Below, in pieces: positions 28,868 to 28,981 of a stretch of 28,981 nucleotides of DNA. Each line of letters starts with the position of its first letter. Positions within the stretch are counted from its first letter, which is position 1. The translations under genes were made by a program, and so were the position numbers. The stretch is from Burkholderiales bacterium. Its GTDB lineage: Bacteria; Pseudomonadota; Gammaproteobacteria; Burkholderiales; SG8-39. Under the pieces are notes generated by a model, which saw nothing but the letters and a program-made list of their open reading frames with translations, ran no database searches and was not told the DNA's origin. Location: positions 1 through 28,981 of the forward strand of contig DASUZH010000389.1 of assembly GCA_036376975.1 (NCBI GenBank), written 5' to 3'.

Positions 28868-28981
28868 GGCGCTGAAACAGCTCCGGCAGGCTGCCTACGC
28901 CCAGTTTCGCGTAGGCGCGCTTGCGGTAGGTCTGGATGCTGGAGACGCGAACGCCGAGCGCCGCCGCCACCTCGGGCGCGG
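28860..28981 (-). CDS. C-terminal fragment of a LuxR/GerE-type HTH regulator (runs off the window)
   Basis: My translation of the minus strand: APEVAAALGVRVSSIQTYRKRAYAKLGVGSLPELFQRLL*, a LuxR HTH tail pattern. Confidence 0.85.
   Translation of the reverse strand, partial: APEVAAALGVRVSSIQTYRKRAYAKLGVGSLPELFQRLL

Overview
GC-rich bacterial chromosomal segment, probably betaproteobacterial (inferred from pyrG-kdsA-eno-ftsB without a following ispD, and from the FtsB sequence type). It is very tightly packed, with many ATGA/GTGA couplings, and all four convergent gene pairs overlap. I see no rRNA, tRNA, CRISPR array, transposase/integrase or clear intrinsic terminator. Layout: (1) 1-8605: 3' part of an acetoacetate-CoA ligase, then a candidate cyclic-nucleotide signalling/oxidative module: Crp regulator, an unannotated 51-aa ORF behind a hairpin-rich leader, a 1200-aa three-domain protein (unknown domain + DyP peroxidase + atypical P450), and a convergent class III cyclase-STAND ATPase-TPR protein. 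(2) 8669-12721: pyrG-kdsA-eno-ftsB. (3) 12705-19586: co-directional envelope genes: lipoprotein lacking a canonical start, GltS, TAXI binding lipoprotein with an extra domain, META-DUF748-META. (4) 19568-24701: CaCA, VIT1-like, DcaP-like porin, TerC-CBS, CDF. (5) 24719-27671: glycine-zipper lipoprotein, PhyH/EctD-like dioxygenase, a hidden 41-aa hyper-acidic ORF and an NAD(P)-oxidoreductase-SAF protein, apparently driven by a bidirectional leaderless promoter. (6) 27517-28981, minus strand: partial LuxR-type HTH, CMD-family protein, beta-hydroxyacid dehydrogenase. All calls come from reading motifs by eye; no database search was run.
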